Assembly (NCBI RefSeq): GCF_964355755.1
Contig: NC_092674.1
Coordinates: 10,602,001-10,666,000, forward strand
Direction: 5' to 3'
Origin: Antedon mediterranea
Lineage: Eukaryota; Animalia; Echinodermata
DNA length: 64,000 nt
In this document: positions 32,201-45,211 of the stretch, one piece after another
Numbering within the stretch: the stretch's first letter is position 1
How the letters are laid out: the number at the start of each line of letters is the position of its first letter
Program-made: the position numbers and the translations under genes
The notes under the pieces: generated by a model
Told to the model about the DNA's origin: nothing
What the model saw: the letters and a program-made list of their open reading frames with translations, nothing else
Database searches by the model: none

Positions 32201-35200
32201 TTTAAATTATTAAAGATGTATTGTTCCCTAAATGGAAAATGAAGATTAATGTAATTAAACTTTGAATAGGTCGTTTTTAGTTTTTTTTTAATCAAATTCA
32301 AATTGACTAAATTGAAAGGTCTCCGGTCACATTTTCCATTATGCTCTGTCCGCGATATGGTTCTTCATGTACAATCGGTCAAATTTCTTTTGAATTCATG
32401 TTCAGCATGATCCTAGCCACCTGATTGATATATGGGAACAAACAAAATAGACCATCCAAACCTGAAAGAAACAAAGCATAAATGATGATTAGGCTAGACG
32501 TCACGATAACAACTTGAAAATAGGCATTGTCTACCTAAATTTTAATTAGACCATGCCGTTAGAGCCTTTCAGACCACAGTGCCGTGCAATTTAAAACAAA
32601 AATGCGAAATAATAACTAGAATGAAAATTTTCATAAGATTGAGCAGTAACTGTGACTGAATCAAACATTCAAAATTAGGGCTTATATAGGTATAATAAAT
32701 GAACATTAAGAAATCAGCTGGGGGACTTTCCCAACATTCTACCAATTTAAGCAAACGCATAAATTCATTGATACTTTCCTACTAGGTCGTTTAAACTGGA
32801 AAAATTAACTAGGCTAGTTTTTTTCGGTTTAATCGACTCTTTTCTCCACCGGATTTACCGAACCCGAGTGGCCCGGCCTTTGGTTCTCATTCCTGCCTTC
32901 CACACCACTGCATGGCACCCTTAAACTCCTCTGTTACGTAATAAGCAACAAACAGAGGTATAAGTTAATGGCACTCATGGTTTCCCCATTAATTAACGCC
33001 TGTATGATTTTCCCAGTAAGCAGTAAGCATGCCGGATAATAACCTTTGCAAATCAAAATATCGACAAAATGTGTCATCAAAGAAAACAATATTATTTTCG
33101 GCAGAAGAAAACAGAAGCCAAGATTGGTTGTTGGACGATGTCTCACTTGGATCGGTCGTTTGTCATACGTTAGTAATCCTTCCGGGTCATTATTATTTTC
33201 TTAAGGCTTAACTTTAGGCAGATGAGTCAGAATTAAATCAAATGTAATAGTAATAATAATCTGCCTTGACCTAGTGTCGGCAACCTCAAGTAATAACAAT
33301 TCGCGTGTTTTTAGTCGTGTGCAACGCGAATCTACAGCTCACTATGTCGGTCGGTCGGTCGGTTGGTCGGTAAACCTTAACTTGAGGGTAAATAAGTTTT
33401 AACACATAAGGCCTATACCTTATATTCATGGGGGTGGGGACACTCCTAAGGGGACACTTTGTTGCCTTGAACGTTTTTACTGTATTTTCCAAAAACGTGG
33501 GAAAAACATTATTAACCCAATCCCGTCATTTTGAATTTCAAGGCTTGAACTCTGTCCTGTTAATAAATACCGGCGTGAGCATTCAGTTTAATATATGTTT
33601 TCATGGGCATAATGCTGTGCTAGATGAAATAATTTCAACTATACAAAATTATGTGCAAGATCCTAAGTAATTTTACTTTTAATTTTTGGAAAGAAATAAA
33701 ATTTAGGGACCACATTGGAAATAAGTTGTTTTACTTTAAACGACTTTATGTGTTTTCCCGTGCATCGTCAGACCTCATTAATCCCGCCATTTTTATTTGC
33801 TTTTTTGATGTATTTTAATATTTAAGGTGATTATATATTATTGACGTATTTTTAATGTTATGTATTGAGATGCCAAATAAATGAAAGAAAGAAAAATTGC
33901 AATTGGTTACAACAGGAGCTATTCATCAGTTGTTATACCTCCATGGTTAAAAATTGTATTTTTGCATGAAATGTACAACATTAAAAAATTTAAATTCTAA
34001 AAAAATTGTATATTGCGCTAGTTATTTTACATTGATTATCACGTGGTAGAAATATTTTACTAAGCATCTTGTATTTATATTATCTTCGTACTCGATGCAA
34101 CTCGGTACTGACGTATCTCGTGATAAATCGTAACATGTGAAATTTGTATCAGAACAATGTGATTTACCCTAACTTTAAAAATTATATGATTCATGTTATG
34201 TTTATGACGTGTAATGAAAGTAGAACCCCTTCATACAGGAGGCATCTCTATCAAGTGGACACTTTCCCGTGAAAGGAACGGGGTGGAGGAGGGCGGGGGA
34301 GCACTTCGTTAGATCCCGAGGGTGTCCCATAATAAGGGTACTGTAAAATATAGTGAATAGTTCTGAAGCGAGAGTAGATAATGGAGTTAGTCAGTCAGTT
34401 AGTTCTCAATACGATTGGGACGCGTCGTTATTTATAGGCCTCATATTATCATCTTAATTAAGATTCGTCACCTTTTACCAATCAATATGCGGCTTGTATC
34501 GATGTACAATTTTCAAAGAAACCTGTACTTTACGATACACAAATGTCCATATTTAGCCTAGGTTCTCTGTATGTCGACTGACCGACTTATTCATCAAATC
34601 GCGTGAGCAATCTTAAATGTCATTGATGTTATTGTGTCGTCATCATTTTGACCGTCTTAATTCAGAAATAAACATCTATCAGTCTGTTTTGAAGTAATCA
34701 ATTAATTGTCACGGCTTGTTTAACTATTGACGCAAGTTAATAAATACATTTTATGCGATGATGGAGAAATAATCAAGTTAAAACGGAAATACGAAGCTTT
34801 AAATGCAACAACAAAAAAAGTGCCCCGTGGTCATCCTTTTTAATACGCGCAAATTTGACGATGACACGTCAATGTTTACAGCCATTCATTTTTAACTGAT
34901 CGTCAATTAGCAGAAGTAACTGATTCTGTAAATGGAATAAATGCGTTTCTGGGCTAACGAAGTAATCTCTCAGCACTTAGTACCCATTCTTAAAATTGAT
35001 TTACGAATCGACAAACAAATAAGTGACTCACTCTACGAAATCGTATAATTGTCCTTTTCCTCGAAATAGAATGCCTTCGGGATGTGTCTGTTATGCAGTA
35101 TTAATTAAAATTGAATAATAACTTCTCAGGGTAATACATTTGAAAATCACTTGATAGCAATTTATTGACAATCTTTCATCAATTTACGGATTGAACTTTG

Positions 35201-38200
35201 TGCACAAGGCGTGAATATATTCAGATGCATTCATCTGGTAAAGCGTGGTTCCCACTAGAACGCAACGCAGCGACGTATTGACGCAAAGTGCTGTATTGCG
35301 TAATCACAAGTGGGAACCGACGACGCAATTAGTACTGCAAACATCGCAAGTTGGTTTTCACGCAGGCGGGGCCAAACACAATTATTAGAAGGGCATTTTC
35401 TTACGTTGCGTAGATTTCGTTACGTTGCGTCGCTAGTGGGAACCAAGCTTTAGGTCTATTTGCATACGTAGGCCTACCACTATCTCAAACTATAGCGGTA
35501 ACCTCCGACAACTAATTAAGCGTTTAAGCTTAGATCCCAGTAGAGACGCAACGCAAGGACGTAACGCAACCTAAGTGAGTTGACCAATCACAAGCGATTG
35601 GTTATTTGAACTGTTGCTTGTCATTGGTCAAGATTCACGAGTTGCGTTTGCGTCCTTTTTGCGTCGCGCCCTAGTGGGAACCAAGCTTAAGTATACATGA
35701 CACAACGCAAGGACGTAAGCCGCAACGCAAGCGAATTGACCAAGCAACAAACATCGCTTATGATTGGTCAAATCAAGTTCTTGCGTTACGTCTCTTGGGA
35801 ACCAATCAAAAGTGATGCTTGAACCTGTCGCTTGTCATTGGTCAATTCCTTTGCGTTGAGGCTTACGTCCCTGCGTTGCGTCCTAGTGGGTAATAGAAAA
35901 GTATTGTCTTGCGTTGCGCCGGTTACGTGGCGGCAAGATTTTTTTTTTTTTTCTAGTGGGAACCACGTTTAAAAATAAACCAGGAACAAGGGTTTAGCGC
36001 CGACCGGTTAGTTACCTCACATCTGCTTTTCTCATTAATATATCAAACAATAACAGCTATTTAAAAAAATGACCGTACCTTACATTTATTCTAACAAACA
36101 AGAAGCAATACTTGGATTGTATACTAATATTTTATGACATATTATTCCGGTGTGTTAATTCATCTTACACTCACTTTTTGGTTTATATTATTATTTCCCA
36201 TTAAATTTGACTTTGGAGCTATATCGGCATATGTATTTTACTGTGGTTTTGTGGTTTTAATACTTCATACAATAAATCTATCAAAACAATGTGGTGTATA
36301 CAATGTTTACTTAAATTTGAAAAAGAAAAACTACGATCGTGATACAGTACATTAGTAATGATTGGTTCCCATGCACAAGGACGTAACGCAACGTAAGTGA
36401 TTTGACCAATCACAAACGATGGATTATTCGAAATGTCGCTTGTCATTGGTCAACTCGATTGCGTTGCGTCTACGTCCTTATGTTGTATTTTCTCGAAAAA
36501 AAACATGACAAATGAAGATAAAAAAGACTTTGAATAGGCCATTTTGCAGTTTTAATCAACTTTAATAAATCACTTAAAAAGACCAAATAAACGGTTCAAC
36601 CAAAAACCCATTGACTTCCAGCATGGAGTAAATTTTTTACTCCATGCTTCCAGTTAATTGGACTACTTTTTGCTTTAAATTAAAGTAAATTTTTTCCGGT
36701 CCAATTTGTTGTCAAAGTAAATAATTATTGTGACATTAAAATGGTATATTCAACAAAAATATTTGTCATGGGGACAATATATCATTAAACAGCGAGTTGT
36801 GTACCTTTACAAGGCGATTCAATTCGGAGCTTACGTCAATGAATCGAATGATCGTAAAGTAAACTCGTAAATGAATTTTTGAGTACTATATTTAGTTACA
36901 AACCTTGAAGATGAGTCAAATTGCGGGGAATCTTATAGTAAACATCACTATAAGGAATTGCACATGACCGTATGATTAATCACATTAATTCACATAGTAT
37001 AGCTTGAATATATTAGAATTCGACAGTGATGGAAAGCATTCCGAGAGTTCGCCAAAAGCATAAGCATTTTAAGCGAGTACTGTATCATGTTATAATGCAC
37101 TGTGCATGTCCTGTCCGCAACAAAAGTATGTGCATAAAGGTAAATTGTAGACTTCCCCTGTATTGTCTTTTTTATGTTAGTCCACACACCGGCGTTTCGA
37201 TTTTTGTCTGGAAAGTAAGTTTGAGCTCAAGTACCATACGTATGAAACACCGTATGTGGCGATATTTATCTTTTTTTCTATAATTATATTACGCTACGGT
37301 CTAGCTAGAACCTAGTATGGGCTCCAGACGGAGTTTTGTCTTAATATTAGTAAAAATATAAATATTTTTGCACATATGGCGTTTCATACGTGTATTATTT
37401 GAGTTTGGATACTCAGACAAAAATCAAAACGACGACGTGTGGAATGACATACTAAGACAATAAATACAGACTTCATTTCATTATTTCATTTATTTCGTCT
37501 CACATAAACTTGGAGCAAGTCTAGCTAGAACCTAGACTAGGTAGATTGTGGCGTTTCCACATTGACTGAAAGCGTTCTAAGAGTTTGTCAAAAACACAAT
37601 ACGGTACATTTTAAGCTATTACTGTATTAAAATAGCCCCTGCTGTATCAGGGATCTGGACAGTGATTAATTCACTATTGGTAATCCTTGGCCACATTGCC
37701 TAAAGACATAAAATAAAATTTAAAAAAATAAATAAAATCATACTATAACGTTAACAAAACGTTGTGCTCAATCCACAACTAAAGACATTTACGTAATCAT
37801 GCCTACACATGCGCACTTTAAAAGAAGGCTATGCAAATTAGATAACGTAACGTTCGCTGTAGTTCCGAGAATCACATCAATAAAATGATGTACTTCATTA
37901 TTAAAATCGATAACAACTCAAGCATATTGATATATTTGCACATGAGCGGTAGTTTCATTACAATTTGGCATAATAAACGTACTAACTACGTTACCATTAG
38001 TTCCGGCGGCCGGACAAAAGAATGGTCTGCGTTACGTTTTATTGGGCACTATTTCCTATCATCCATCCGTATACATACGGTACTTCAGGCAATGCAATAT
38101 ATAATAACAGGATGCTGAGCCCCGCAGATCAAATGGTTTTTATGTGGCTGCGACATCAGTTCCACTGCCCTTAACCGGGCCCTTAACGGACACCTGACAC

Positions 38201-39420
38201 CGCGGAGGATATTATATACATAGTACATTATTTGCAGCCAGACTTTAAGAAAAGACTGTTATGAGTTCATACATCTTGGAAAGGAGAGCTCAGTTTCCTG
38301 TTGTTAGATTGCCCTGCTTCAGCTGATATGCTTGATTTGAACATGGAACATTGCATGAACACACAGTAACATATTATTTTTCTTTTGTAGCTCACCTGAA
38401 TATAGATTCTCCTGCTACGGGTATTGTGACGATTAGAGGCGAGAAAACGGGTTATTACGTAGCCATGAACGACACGGGTGTAATATACAGCTCTGTGAGT
38501 TTAGTTGTTGAAACGGTTTAATTTGTTAGTGTCCCCTTAATAGGAGTGTCCCCTTAATAGGAGTGTCCCCTTAATAGGAGTGTCCCCTTAATAGGAGTGT
38601 CCCCTTAATAGGAGTGTCCCCTTAATAAGAGTGACTGTTATTGCATAGTATTCCCCCTCGTTCGTTTCACGGGAAAATAAGTTCCCCCCTTCAAATTGGT
38701 CCCTCCTAAAAGAAAGGTTAGGAAGACTCAAACAATCTAATGGAAATGATCATAGTTACACATACTTCCAAAATCTAGATGTCACATGCTACACTGTATC
38801 ATAGGATTTGCCTATGTATAAATTGGTGGGCGTGTCCACAGGAATCATAAGGCTATGGTCCCCGCATTAGTAGGCCTATTAAGAATTGAACTTCGACTAT
38901 GTTAATAGCTTTATATATTGGTATCTTATTTAGCCATACAGTTAGATAGCCCGAGTGGTTAGGACACTTGACTGTCATACAGATAGACCCGGGTTCAATT
39001 CCCGATAACTCCCAGCTCACTCAGCTGTAAATGAGTACCTGGTTAAAAATACTAGGGAGAAAAAAGGCGGCGTGGAAAGGAACAGGCCACTCTACCACAT
39101 AATGCCGAGGCTTAGTACAATGAGATCCTAACCGCTCATTCCCCTACGTTCAGAGAACACGGGACTCACCTCACCATCTTATTTAGAAATATGTATTCTG
39201 CATTATATATTCTTGTTACGTCTATTTTCAGACACAAATGACGAAGGATTGTGAATTCAAAGAAAATCACCTCAACTCATATCTCCACTACAGTCGTGAT
39301 TTAGACATCGACGGTGATCCACAAACACGCTATCTAGCAATTAGCAATCACGGAAATGTTAAATCCGTAATTCACTGTAGAAGTTCCGTGAGGTTTATAA
39401 AGGATACTGTGAAATCATAG
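29204..39420 (+). CDS. Fibroblast growth factor (divergent; core most reminiscent of FGF9/16/20), ~180 aa
   Basis: Exons: 29204-29453, 38391-38494 (104 bp, the usual FGF middle-exon size, phase 1/0) and 39232-39420. Protein: ...KQLYARTRFHLAISEDGTVTS...IY|THLNIDSPATGIVTIRGEKTGYYVAMNDTGVIYSS|TQMTKDCEFKE...RYLAISNHGNVK...VRFIKDTVKS*. The start codon is tentative. Confidence 0.88.
30066..30172. mobile_element. MITE family C (TIR AGCTCTGTCTACACTATCAAA), degenerate copy
   Basis: TACACTATCAAACTAGTTTGACA ... AAAGTTTGATAATGTAGACAGAGCTTAA. Other copies at ~42370-42472, 54400-54532, 59659-59829 and 62543-62690. Confidence 0.75.
35240..36485. mobile_element. Cluster of family-B palindromic MITEs in FGF intron 1
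   Basis: At least four copies or fragments (35240-35452, 35526-35690, ~35700-35970, 36360-36485) sharing GGTTCCCACTAG, CAACGCAAGGACGTA and TTGACCAATCACAAGCG. Confidence 0.8.
37161..37462. mobile_element. Old fold-back/MITE-like inverted repeat (~300 bp)
   Basis: TATTGTCTT..TCCACAC..CGTTTCGATTTTTGTCTG..CGTATGAAAC is mirrored by GTTTCATACG..CAGACAAAAATCAAAACG..GTGTGGAA..AAGACAATA. Confidence 0.65.
38528..38633 (+). repeat. 17-bp tandem repeat x6 (AGTGTCCCCTTAATAGG)
   Basis: Six near-perfect copies starting 34 bp into FGF intron 2. Confidence 0.97.
38941..39175 (+). mobile_element. tRNA-derived SINE in FGF intron 2
   Basis: A box TAGCCCGAGTGG (38947) and B box GGTTCAATTCCC (38992), followed by the SINE-like body CTCAGCTGTAAATGAGTACCTGG and a CTCAC tail. 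Confidence 0.75.
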
Positions 39421-42400
39421 AATGAATGACCAGTGATGGGAGCCTGTAACGTTCCGGCGACGATGATTAAACCTCTGACAATCATAGAACATCTAACAGG
39501 GGTGATTTAAGTGTGATATCATCAACGCGTAGGCTATGCGAACACGATGCCTAATTTGCATACAAGTGATCAAAACATGTGTAGTAAATAACAAATTGTA
39601 TTTCCATGCTGCACCAGTGTTACATCTAAAATTAAGTCTGTGTGTACATACAATTTAAACCGTTTAATATTTTGTGTTCATAGTACGGTAGTAAATCGTC
39701 GTTAAATATCATTATTTATTATAATATGCAATATTATATTTTTATATAAAAAAGCACGTGGCGTTAGAAAAAAAGGCGCGAATTTGATTAGGGATGGGGT
39801 TGTTTTGAAATTATTTGCATGGAAGAATTAGTTAAAAACTAAACTTTCATGGTCTGAGGAAATGTTTGTGAAATGGAGATGTGTGTGAGGTGGGTTTTGG
39901 GTGATAGTTCAAGCTGTGCGAACGAAGGGTGGCTGCGACTGCGCAGTGTCGGATCGTCAGATGGTGGCACAAGAGTTAATGGGAATTAAACCACTGTTGA
40001 ATTCACCGGATTCTTATAGTGTATTTAAACGTTCCGCCACTGTAGCATATTCACATTGGCAATCAGATCCAGACGGCTTTCTGTATTTAAATTGAGTTAA
40101 AAGTAGTGATAAACACAATAATAATGTTTATGCATCTATATAATATTTATTTGACCTTTGGCTTGGTTATTTACACGGGTAGGTTAGCGATAACATTGAC
40201 CATGAACCAACTTAAACGGGTAAATAACTAAGCCTGAACCCTATGAAAGACAATTCAACAGTTATGGTATATAAGGACTTTCCACTGAGTAATACAACTG
40301 CGTTAAAATGGCCCGTTTAATTCAGGCTTTACCCGAGTAAGTTGGCTTCACAGGCCAAAGGCGCTAACTTTGGTGGGTTGAGGTCACCAACTTTCCCGGC
40401 TAAATAACTAAGTCTGAACAGGCCTTAAGTGAGCACCAAAGTTCATCCATGTCTGTGGTATGTTTTATCTATGTAGTTATACGGATTGTGCAATTTTGTA
40501 AATTTACTGTAATATTAGCAATTCTAGATTCACGTAATAGGATATTTTGTCTAATTTATAAATAAAACATGGACTGTAATATAATTATTAACAATAATTA
40601 CAATATACCCAATTGTATAAATGTTTAGTGATTTACTGATGTTAATGTATGGGTCTTCAAGAGCGGATATTCAATAGAAACGACCTCTAGTAATGTTATC
40701 AATACAAACGAACTTTCTAACCTAGGCCTGAATGTTCTTGTAACCAATCTCAGGGTAGACAGGGGTGGATTCAACGAGGGTTAAATGTGGTTGGGGTGGG
40801 GGTATAGTGGTTGTTGATGATTAAGCACGAGCAATGTAAAGCTATTTAAAGGGTCATCAAATCAGTTACAGAAAAAAAGGTGAATTTGATGTAAGGGAAC
40901 GACCCTGGTTTTTAGCATTAGGATCCGCCCCTGATAGAAATACTCAGGAATTATTCATAACAGTAAAAATGTTAACAACAAAGTCCAGCTTTTAATGTTT
41001 TTTATTTTGGTTGATTGTTCTAAATTTGAATGCTGGGCGTTCAAAATGCGATTGGTATTATTGTATATAGTTTATAGCCTTTATTTTTCAAAAGTGTCGT
41101 GTGTTTATTATAATTATTTATTAAAAGTATGAGTATAAAAAACCTATTGTTTCTTTGTTGTATTATCTTTTCGATCGAAAAAATCATAGTATATTGTTGT
41201 TTCACGTTGCTTGCCTAAAGGTAGGCCTAAAAGCAGAAACGGACCTATTACTTTAGAGATAGCACACTTAATTACAGCTATATGAGATGCATAATGGTAT
41301 GACGATTAAGCCTACTAATAGGCCTACTTCATATTACCTTTACCAGTTCCAAATGAGACACCATAAAGGATTGAACCAGACGAGGAAGATAAACGGAGGC
41401 TAGGCTAATATTTTGAGCAATCATTGAGCTATAGCTGTCAAGTTGACTGTAGGCCTCACGGTCGTGTTTGAACATAAAACCTAGCACTCAGCAACGCCCC
41501 ACTCCAGATAAATATTTTGCAGATGGAATTATTTCATAAGAAAATTTCCGAATACCGCAAAAATATCACATACCATACTCAGTATGGCACATTATTTTTT
41601 ATCATGAAAAAAATAATTTGTTTAGATGTTTTTCTTGACTAGTACTTAGTTTGATTTAACCAAAATTATTTACCAGTCAAATTGACTATCAATAGGTTTT
41701 TGGTTGAATTTAACACTTTATTTTTATAAGTGAACACATCATATTTGTACTTTTTAAAGGAATGAACCTGATAACACAAAAATAATGCTAGAGATGACAT
41801 TTTTTATATCATTTTATTTCTTCTTTTTAAACTGGAAAACGGATTCACCATTTATGTACAATCAGTTGTTAGCTAGACTGATACTTAGGCACACAAAATG
41901 CAAGGACTTTCGTTCAGGTTTCCTGACATCCACAAAAGAACAAACTAATATAAACTAGTGAAAGTGGTTAATATTTAGACACAAAACAAGGAAAAAAGAA
42001 ATGGGAAATTGTTAAACCATTTTGCTACTGGCATTCGTCCGTTAACAAAATAATACTTGAATACAGGAAAAGACGCGGAAGCAATATCTGAAATATTGCC
42101 TGTTTTTGCAGACGACGCATGTATGAGCAGACGGTACAAATAGGGTACAAATACATACTTTATATAGTTATTATGATATTATTGAACCATATTAAGTTCT
42201 GTTTACCAGTCTGGCCAGTATCAATTTACAGATATCGGAAGGATGATTGTCTTTTTCACATCACCATCTCACTGATAATATCCAAATTACACTACCGTGT
42301 ATACCAAAGGAAACTCTACACGAAAAGGGGCGGTTTGATAGCGAAATATCAGTTGTTTCATGTCTAAAACTATCTACACTATCAAACTTTATGTGACAAC

Positions 42401-43277
42401 AAAATATTATGTGCCTATATGCACTTGAATGTCTTTTTGCCACACTAGTTTGACAGTGTAGATAGAGCTTAAACGGCCCCCAAAATTATGTAGGCCTATG
42501 AATCATGCATGATGATGTCTATCTCAGTGTGGTTATCCTTGCTAAATTCTTTTATAACGGGACAGGGCATTTAATATAAATCGTAGAGACACGGGCATTG
42601 GGGGTTATGTGTTATTAATTTACTAACAATATTTGTGTCGAAATTCCATTCTGTAAATCCTCCTCGTTTGTCGGTCGGTTGCTGTATAATTAAATAGGCT
42701 GCCATACTTTCTGCAAAATCATATGGCGGCAACCACATTCCATGCATGATAGGTGAAGTATTATAATAGTCACGTCACAACGTAATAACTGATGACGTAT
42801 CCAAACGGAAAGGATTTTTTCCTCGTACGCAATTTCTTCAATATCGAGGGCACTCGGTCGAATGTACCAATGTGTTTTTATCACGAATTATACCGAATGC
42901 ACCCGATAAACCGAATTGCGGAACCTCTGTCCGGAAAGTAATCTACGTCAAACGGGAAAGTGTAACCTAAAATGTGGTTGAAATTCATTCGGGTTGAAAT
43001 TGAGAGTACCATTTTTAAGAACGGCACACCGAAAATATAATTTCCGCTAGTAAATGTGATTTTAAAATGCCATTAAAACATTTTAGAGATAGATTTTGAC
43101 TACAGTAGAAGAACAAGTAGGCCTACTTCCCACTACGACACAACGCAAGTGAGTTGATCATCAGACAGTTCAGATAAACAACGCTTTGTGATTGGTCAAC
43201 TTGCGTTGTGTACGTACTATACATGCCTGCGTTGCGTTCTAACTAACTTTAAGTGGATACCTTCGGGATCCAACAAA

Positions 43278-44526
43278 GTGTCCCCTAAATAGGATGTCCC
43301 CTGATTAGGGATTGGACGTGTTATTTAAACATGTATTGCCTCTTGTCTTGTTCGTGTCACGAGAGAGTGTCCCCTTAATAGGATGTCCCCTGAGTAGGGA
43401 TTGGACGTGTTATTTAAACATGTATTGCCGCTTGTCTTGTTCGTGTCACGAGAGAGTGTCCCCTTAATAGGATGTCCCCTGATTAGGGATTGGACGTGTT
43501 ATTTAAACATGTATTGCCTCTTGTCTTGTTCATGTCACGAGAGAGTTTCCCCTTAATAGGATGTCCCTTGAGTAGGGATTGGACGTGTTATTTAAACATG
43601 TATTGCCTCTTGTCTTGTTCATGTCACGAGAGAGTGTCCCCTTAATAGGATGTCCCTTGAGTAGAGATTGGACGTGTTATTTAAACATGTATTGCCTCTT
43701 GTCTTGTTCGTGTCACGAGAGAGTGTCCCCTTAATAGGATGTCCCTTGAGTAGGGATTGGACGTGTTATTTAAACATGTATTGCTTCTTGTCTTGTTCGT
43801 GTCACGAGAGAGTGTCCCATTAATAGGATGTCCCCTGATTAGGGATTGGACGTGTTATTTAAACAGGTATTGCCTCTTGTCTTGTTCATGTCACGAGAGA
43901 GTGTCCCCTTAATAGGATGTCCCCTGAGTAGGGATTGGACGTGTTATTTAAACATGTATTGCCTCTTGTCTTGTTCATGTCACGAGAGAGTGTCCCCTTA
44001 ATAGGATGTCCCTTGAGTAGGGATTGGACGTGTTATTTAAACATGTATTGCCTCTTGTCTTGTTCGTGTCACGAGAGTGTCCCCTTAATAGGATGTCCAT
44101 TGAGTCGGGATTGGACGTGTTATTTAAACATGTATTGCCTCTTGTCTTGTTCGTGTCACGAGAGAGTGTCCCCTTAATAGGATGTCCATTGAGTAGGGAT
44201 TGGACGTGTTATTTAAACATGTATTGCTTCTTGTCTTGTTCGTGTCACGAGAGAGTGTCCCCTTAATAGGATGTCCCCTGATTAGGGATTGGACGTGTTA
44301 TTTAAACAGGTATTGCCTCTTGTCTTGTTCATGTCACGAGAGAGTGTCCCCTTAATAGGATGTCCCCTGAGTAGGCATTGGACGTGTTATTTAAACATGT
44401 ATTGCCTCTTGTCTTGTTCATGTCACGAGAGAGTGTCCCCTTAATAGGATGTCCCTTGTTTGAGTAGGGGATTTACGTGTTATTTAAACATGTATTGCCT
44501 CTTGTCTTGTTCGTGTCCCCTTAATA
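43278..44526 (+). repeat. 89-bp tandem repeat, ~14 copies
   Basis: Unit GTGTCCCCTTAATAGGATGTCCCCTGAGTAGGGATTGGACGTGTTATTTAAACATGTATTGCCTCTTGTCTTGTTCGTGTCACGAGAGA. The ORF-track offset 43935 to 44024 equals 89. Confidence 0.97.
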
Positions 44527-45015
44527 TGGGTGTCACCTTACAAATACGGGTGTCAAATCGAGTTCTTCTGTACCCAATAAATGAAATATTAGATTATTGT
44601 AAAAAAGATTAACTTAGTGGTAAACATGAATAGTAAATGGAGTATACGGTAGCCAATAGAGGAAGTATTTATCTTCAAATGTTATATCCATCAAATACAT
44701 GTTGTGACTGGCACCCACTGATGCCAAACCTTAGTGATCAAATTAACCGACTCGTTTACATAATATCAAACAATCTGGCCAGCCGATCAAACAATCGATA
44801 TATCGATCCATAAATAGACGCAACACTCACGTGTAGGCTATCGTTTTGTTGTACAAACAATATGTAGTCACATGATTTCAAATAATCATTCAGCCAGTCA
44901 AACAAATCAATATTAAACAAATAATCTGCACAACTCTTACTTTTAGGCTATCGAATTTGTACGTCTTATTCTATACGAGGTTTTGTGTCCAAATAGAATA
45001 CGGTATAGGCGCGCC

Positions 45016-45211
45016 TACAGTCAACTCTCCCAATACCGGACACCTTTGGGCTGGCCATATTTTTTTAGTTTTCTGAAAAGTCTGGTATTCAGAATGCATT
45101 TTTAATAGTAAAGATGAATTTGAGACTGTTTGGACTTGAGAGAAAAAAGTCTGGTACAGTATTGGGAAAGCTTCCAGTTTTCAGGGAGTCTGGTATTGGG
45201 AGCTTTTTCTG
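45016..45211. mobile_element. Degenerate pogo/Tc1-type MITE
   Basis: TA|CAGTCAACTCTCCCAATACCGGAC ... GTCTGGTATTGGGAG inverted ends. Confidence 0.55.

Noticed and set aside
38941-39005. tRNA-Asp gene
   Set aside because: It has A/B boxes and a GTC loop but no acceptor stem or oligo-T terminator, and it runs into a SINE body.
43935-44266. Two 80-aa ORFs
   Set aside because: By-products of the 89-bp repeat; the period is not a multiple of 3.
43278-44526. CRISPR-like regular array
   Set aside because: Whole 89-bp units are repeated with no unique spacers, the context is eukaryotic and no cas genes are present. It is a satellite.
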